NCBI GenBank assembly: GCA_051532055.1
Contig: JAOPTX010000064.1
Span: forward strand, 1-46,644
Length of the DNA: 46,644 nucleotides
Origin: Fibrobacterales bacterium
Lineage (GTDB): Bacteria; Fibrobacterota; Fibrobacteria; Fibrobacterales; JAOPTW01
Direction of reading: 5' to 3'
Shown: in pieces, positions 43,811 to 46,644 of the stretch
Layout of the letters: every line of letters starts with the position of its first letter
Position numbering within the stretch: the first letter of the stretch is position 1
Notes under the pieces: model-generated
The model's input: only the letters and a program-made list of their open reading frames with translations
What the model was told of the DNA's origin: nothing
The model's database searches: none
Translations under genes and position numbers: made by a program

Positions 43811-44869
43811 ATGTTTGAATTAGTATTCGCACTCTCACTTTCAATTGTTGTATCTGCTTTTTGTTCTGTTTCAGAAGCCGCTTTTTATAGTGTTCCCGCA
43901 GCGTCAGTTGAGAGTATGCTCGATTCTGGACGTAAACGGTACCGATACCTAAAGCATATCAAATCTGATATTGAAAAGTATATTGCCTCGATTTTGATTA
44001 TAAACACTTTTGCAAATGCCTATGGTGTTTACCTCGCAACCCGTGCAGCTGAAAAGTTGTTTGATGAGGTTTATTTGCAGATGCTTCCTTGGGTCTTGGG
44101 TGGTCTTATTTTGATTTTTGCAGAGATGTACCCTAAAACACTGGGAGTTAATTATGCAAAAGAACTCGCCCCGTATTTGGGAATCCCCTTCTATTTTATC
44201 ACAAAACTTCTCACTCCTCTTATCTGGATCACTCGGCTTTTTACTCAAACGGTAACCAAAGAAAAAAATGAAGCCTATAGCTTAGATGAAATTCAGAGCA
44301 TGGCGTCGCTGAGTGCCACTGAAGGAAGTATTGATCGACAACAGGCCATGGTGATAGATAATATTTTGAGCATGGATAATGTGTATGCCCGTGATATTAT
44401 GACACCCCGTACCGTAATATATTCGTGCCATAAAGATGTTATTATTGAAGATTTGATTTCGGACGAAAAATCAATTCGCTACTCGCGCATTCCTATTTAT
44501 GATGAGACAGAAGAGCATATCATTGGTGATGTACTCCGAAGAGATATCTACGATTTTTATGCGAACAATAAAGGGAGACTCTCTCTGGGCGCAATTATGC
44601 GTACTATTATGTATGTCCCAGAAACAGCGAGGGTCTCACAACTTCTTAAAACATTTCTTTCACAAAAGCAACACATGCTCTGTGTCGTTGATGAATATGG
44701 TGGATTTGCTGGGGTTATCACTCTTGAAGATGTTATTGAAGAGATACTGGGCAGAGAAATTGTTGATGAATTTGATAAGACTGTTGACCTTCAAGCAGAG
44801 GCAAAACAGAAATCTGAGGCCCTAAAACAAGCTACAGAAAACCTTGAACGCAAAGGACGGGAGCAGTAA
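43811..44869 (+). CDS. CNNM/DUF21-CBS (CorC/HlyC-like) membrane protein
   Basis: SAFCSVSEAA, FAEMYPKT, DIMTPR, YSRIPIY, VVDEYGG..GVITLEDVIEEILG. Confidence 0.92.
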   Translation: MFELVFALSLSIVVSAFCSVSEAAFYSVPAASVESMLDSGRKRYRYLKHIKSDIEKYIASILIINTFANAYGVYLATRAAEKLFDEVYLQMLPWVLGGLILIFAEMYPKTLGVNYAKELAPYLGIPFYFITKLLTPLIWITRLFTQTVTKEKNEAYSLDEIQSMASLSATEGSIDRQQAMVIDNILSMDNVYARDIMTPRTVIYSCHKDVIIEDLISDEKSIRYSRIPIYDETEEHIIGDVLRRDIYDFYANNKGRLSLGAIMRTIMYVPETARVSQLLKTFLSQKQHMLCVVDEYGGFAGVITLEDVIEEILGREIVDEFDKTVDLQAEAKQKSEALKQATENLERKGREQ

Positions 44870-45108
44870 TGGAAATGATTAAACAGTGGTTTTTAACACT
44901 CACAACACGAAGTGCACTTACTTATTATCTTGCTCTTATAGGGATAAGTATTATTCTGGGCCTTATAAATAATGTTCGGGTCGATGATGCTAAATCAGTT
45001 ACTTGGTTTGGTGGGCAAGAAGTACTTGAAAAGCCTCCTGAATTTGGTGACGAGCTGGATGTAGAACCAACAGTAGAGCCGACAGTAAAGGAGATGCCGA
45101 ATGATTAA
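44869..45108 (+). CDS. Small membrane protein
   Basis: TAATG overlap upstream and overlap with the downstream gene; one TM and an acidic Pro-rich tail. Confidence 0.7.
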   Translation: MEMIKQWFLTLTTRSALTYYLALIGISIILGLINNVRVDDAKSVTWFGGQEVLEKPPEFGDELDVEPTVEPTVKEMPND

Positions 45109-45763
45109 AACTTCGATTTTGATGATTGGTGCCGCAATCCTTTTAGTATTCTCTGTATTAGAGATTGCCACTAATTCTGGATTTACAGAGCTCTATACTG
45201 ACGAACTATGGGATGCAGGGCTCGATTGGATTAAAGGATATTGGGTTGCTTTTATTGAATACTCTATTGCAGTCATTTTGGTTGCTATTGCCTATAGAGT
45301 AGGCGACCGTATTCTGTTTCATAAGTTTCTCGAAACCTTTGGTAGAGTTGGTATGGCTGCGATGTTCATCGGCGCTTCTATCTTTAAAGTTTCAAACCCG
45401 CTTGCCTTTGCAGAATTGACTGCTCAGTATCAAATGCTCCCTCAGTTTGCGATTAATATATTTTCACTGGTACTCCCGGTATTAGAGCTTATTGTGGGTA
45501 TACTTATTTTGGTGACCAATAGAACCCGTGAGAATAGTGCTCTTATATTAGCAATGATGCTCATGTTTATCGTTGCTCTTGTGTGGGCAGTCGGTAATGA
45601 ACTCGGCATAGCCTGTGGCTGTTTTGGTGATAGTGTAGAGGGTGCGATGGATACCAGTGAAGCTTGGGTTGCCCTTTTTCGTGACATACTTTTACTCCCT
45701 GTTTTGATATATCTCGCTGCTCGTCCTGTTAATAACTATGTGTGGAATGTATGGAAAAAGTAA
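45101..45763 (+). CDS. MauE/DoxX family redox-associated membrane protein
   Basis: R...A.MFIGAS..K, Y.MLP, LPVLELIVG, ACGCFG, RD. Confidence 0.88.
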   Translation: MIKTSILMIGAAILLVFSVLEIATNSGFTELYTDELWDAGLDWIKGYWVAFIEYSIAVILVAIAYRVGDRILFHKFLETFGRVGMAAMFIGASIFKVSNPLAFAELTAQYQMLPQFAINIFSLVLPVLELIVGILILVTNRTRENSALILAMMLMFIVALVWAVGNELGIACGCFGDSVEGAMDTSEAWVALFRDILLLPVLIYLAARPVNNYVWNVWKK

Positions 45764-46191
45764 TTGACCTAACCCCTATTCGTGAGCTCATCACAAAGAA
45801 AGTACAGCCCGACGGACTCGTTTTTGATCTTTGTATTCAGAAGACAACCTTTGATGATTATCGAAATATTTATAATGGATTTGTACAGTCTGAGTATCAA
45901 TTGGTTTACTACCGTGACTTAGAAGACGAAAAGCTCCCTGATGAGTTTGTGACTATAACGGATGATGTCGATGCCAATCATAATATTCAGGTTGAATTTG
46001 GGTTCGGGACCTTTAGTTGGTTACTGTATAATGAGACCACTATCACGTTTGAGCTTGATTCTGAGGAGTTTGACGGTAGTGATGAGGTTGAGGAAATTAT
46101 TTCTTTTATGCGTTTTTTGAATAAGGTTACGGGTAAGGCCGTGGGTTTTTATTTGGAAGATGGTTTGAAGCCGTTGGTTGAGTTGGGGTAG
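45751..46191 (+). CDS. Acidic hypothetical protein
   Basis: Overlaps the MauE-family stop; about 146-aa ORF. Confidence 0.7.
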   Translation: MEKVIDLTPIRELITKKVQPDGLVFDLCIQKTTFDDYRNIYNGFVQSEYQLVYYRDLEDEKLPDEFVTITDDVDANHNIQVEFGFGTFSWLLYNETTITFELDSEEFDGSDEVEEIISFMRFLNKVTGKAVGFYLEDGLKPLVELG

Positions 46192-46285
46192 TTTTTAAGT
46201 TTTCACGTTGATTTCTTTCTTTATATTTTGATTTTCTTTGAGGGTTATATTTCTATTTCCCTTTTCTTTTTTTAATAGAGTTCCC

Positions 46286-46347
46286 GGGGCATTCCGCCCC
46301 AGACCCCGACTCAAGAGTACGCCGAAGCGCGCACTCTTAAGGATCTC
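46286..46347 (+). repeat. GC-rich REP-like double-hairpin element
   Basis: GGGGC-attcc-GCCCC-aga-CCCC then AAGAGT...ACTCTT stem, in an AT-rich intergenic region. Confidence 0.55.
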
Positions 46348-46644
46348 GCGCTTTTCCTGGCGGAAGGCCTTAACACATAGCTATTGCTTTATTGGCTCGG
46401 AAAAATGGAATTTTTCCTTTGGTTGCGTGGGGTTTAGTAGCGGTGATATTGGTTTAGGGGATCAACGCGGATGTGTTTGTTGTGTGCTTCGCACTTAGGG
46501 TTCGGGGGCAGGATTCTGGCAAATTTGTAAAACTCCCTGAAGAGATTGTGAACGTTTATGTTAATGCATTTGCCACTATATTTGCAAGTTCTGCACGATA
46601 AAACGGTTTGTGTATAGATCCTGAAATTCCCTGCTCTGTTAACA

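Noticed and set aside
159..45687. Numerous 60-150 aa antisense or alternative-frame ORFs in the track
   Set aside because: They are shadows of well-supported genes and carry no motifs of their own.
46238..46498. 86-aa ORF at the right end
   Set aside because: It runs through the palindromic element and skewed DNA and has an atypical composition; probably spurious.

Overview
AT-rich bacterial chromosomal segment, densely coding (about 42 CDS). I recognise no rRNA, tRNA, CRISPR array, integrase or transposase. The gene content points to a diderm organism, tentatively Fibrobacterota-like (inference from Ser/Thr-rich lipoproteins, a PEGA/FGE protein and a stand-alone mraY), and korAB suggests an anaerobic or microaerobic lifestyle. 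Core genes include korAB, gatB, trmB, HU/IHF-smpB-amidase, yebC-ruvCAB, glnA, htpG and an ABC-F. The most unusual features are: (1) a 1236-aa GlnE whose two catalytic halves appear to be in reversed order (AT-type before AR-type) behind an N-terminal GlnD-like double-ACT sensor, next to glnA and an orphan PAS kinase; (2) a translationally coupled envelope operon encoding an AT-hook/tandem-RHH protein, a divergent MraY, a eukaryote-type UDP-GlcNAc pyrophosphorylase and an LpxL-like acyltransferase; (3) an NSS transporter with an apparent tandem duplication of a transmembrane hairpin; (4) a Ca-binding TPR lipoprotein paired with a FadL/PorV/TraF-like beta-barrel; (5) an SPL-family radical SAM gene lacking the H-donor Cys, behind a direct repeat with a 60-bp period; and (6) a REP-like palindromic element at the right end, inside a strongly G/T-skewed zone that extends into the codons of the neighbouring gene. 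All family assignments come from motif recognition by eye; no searches were run.
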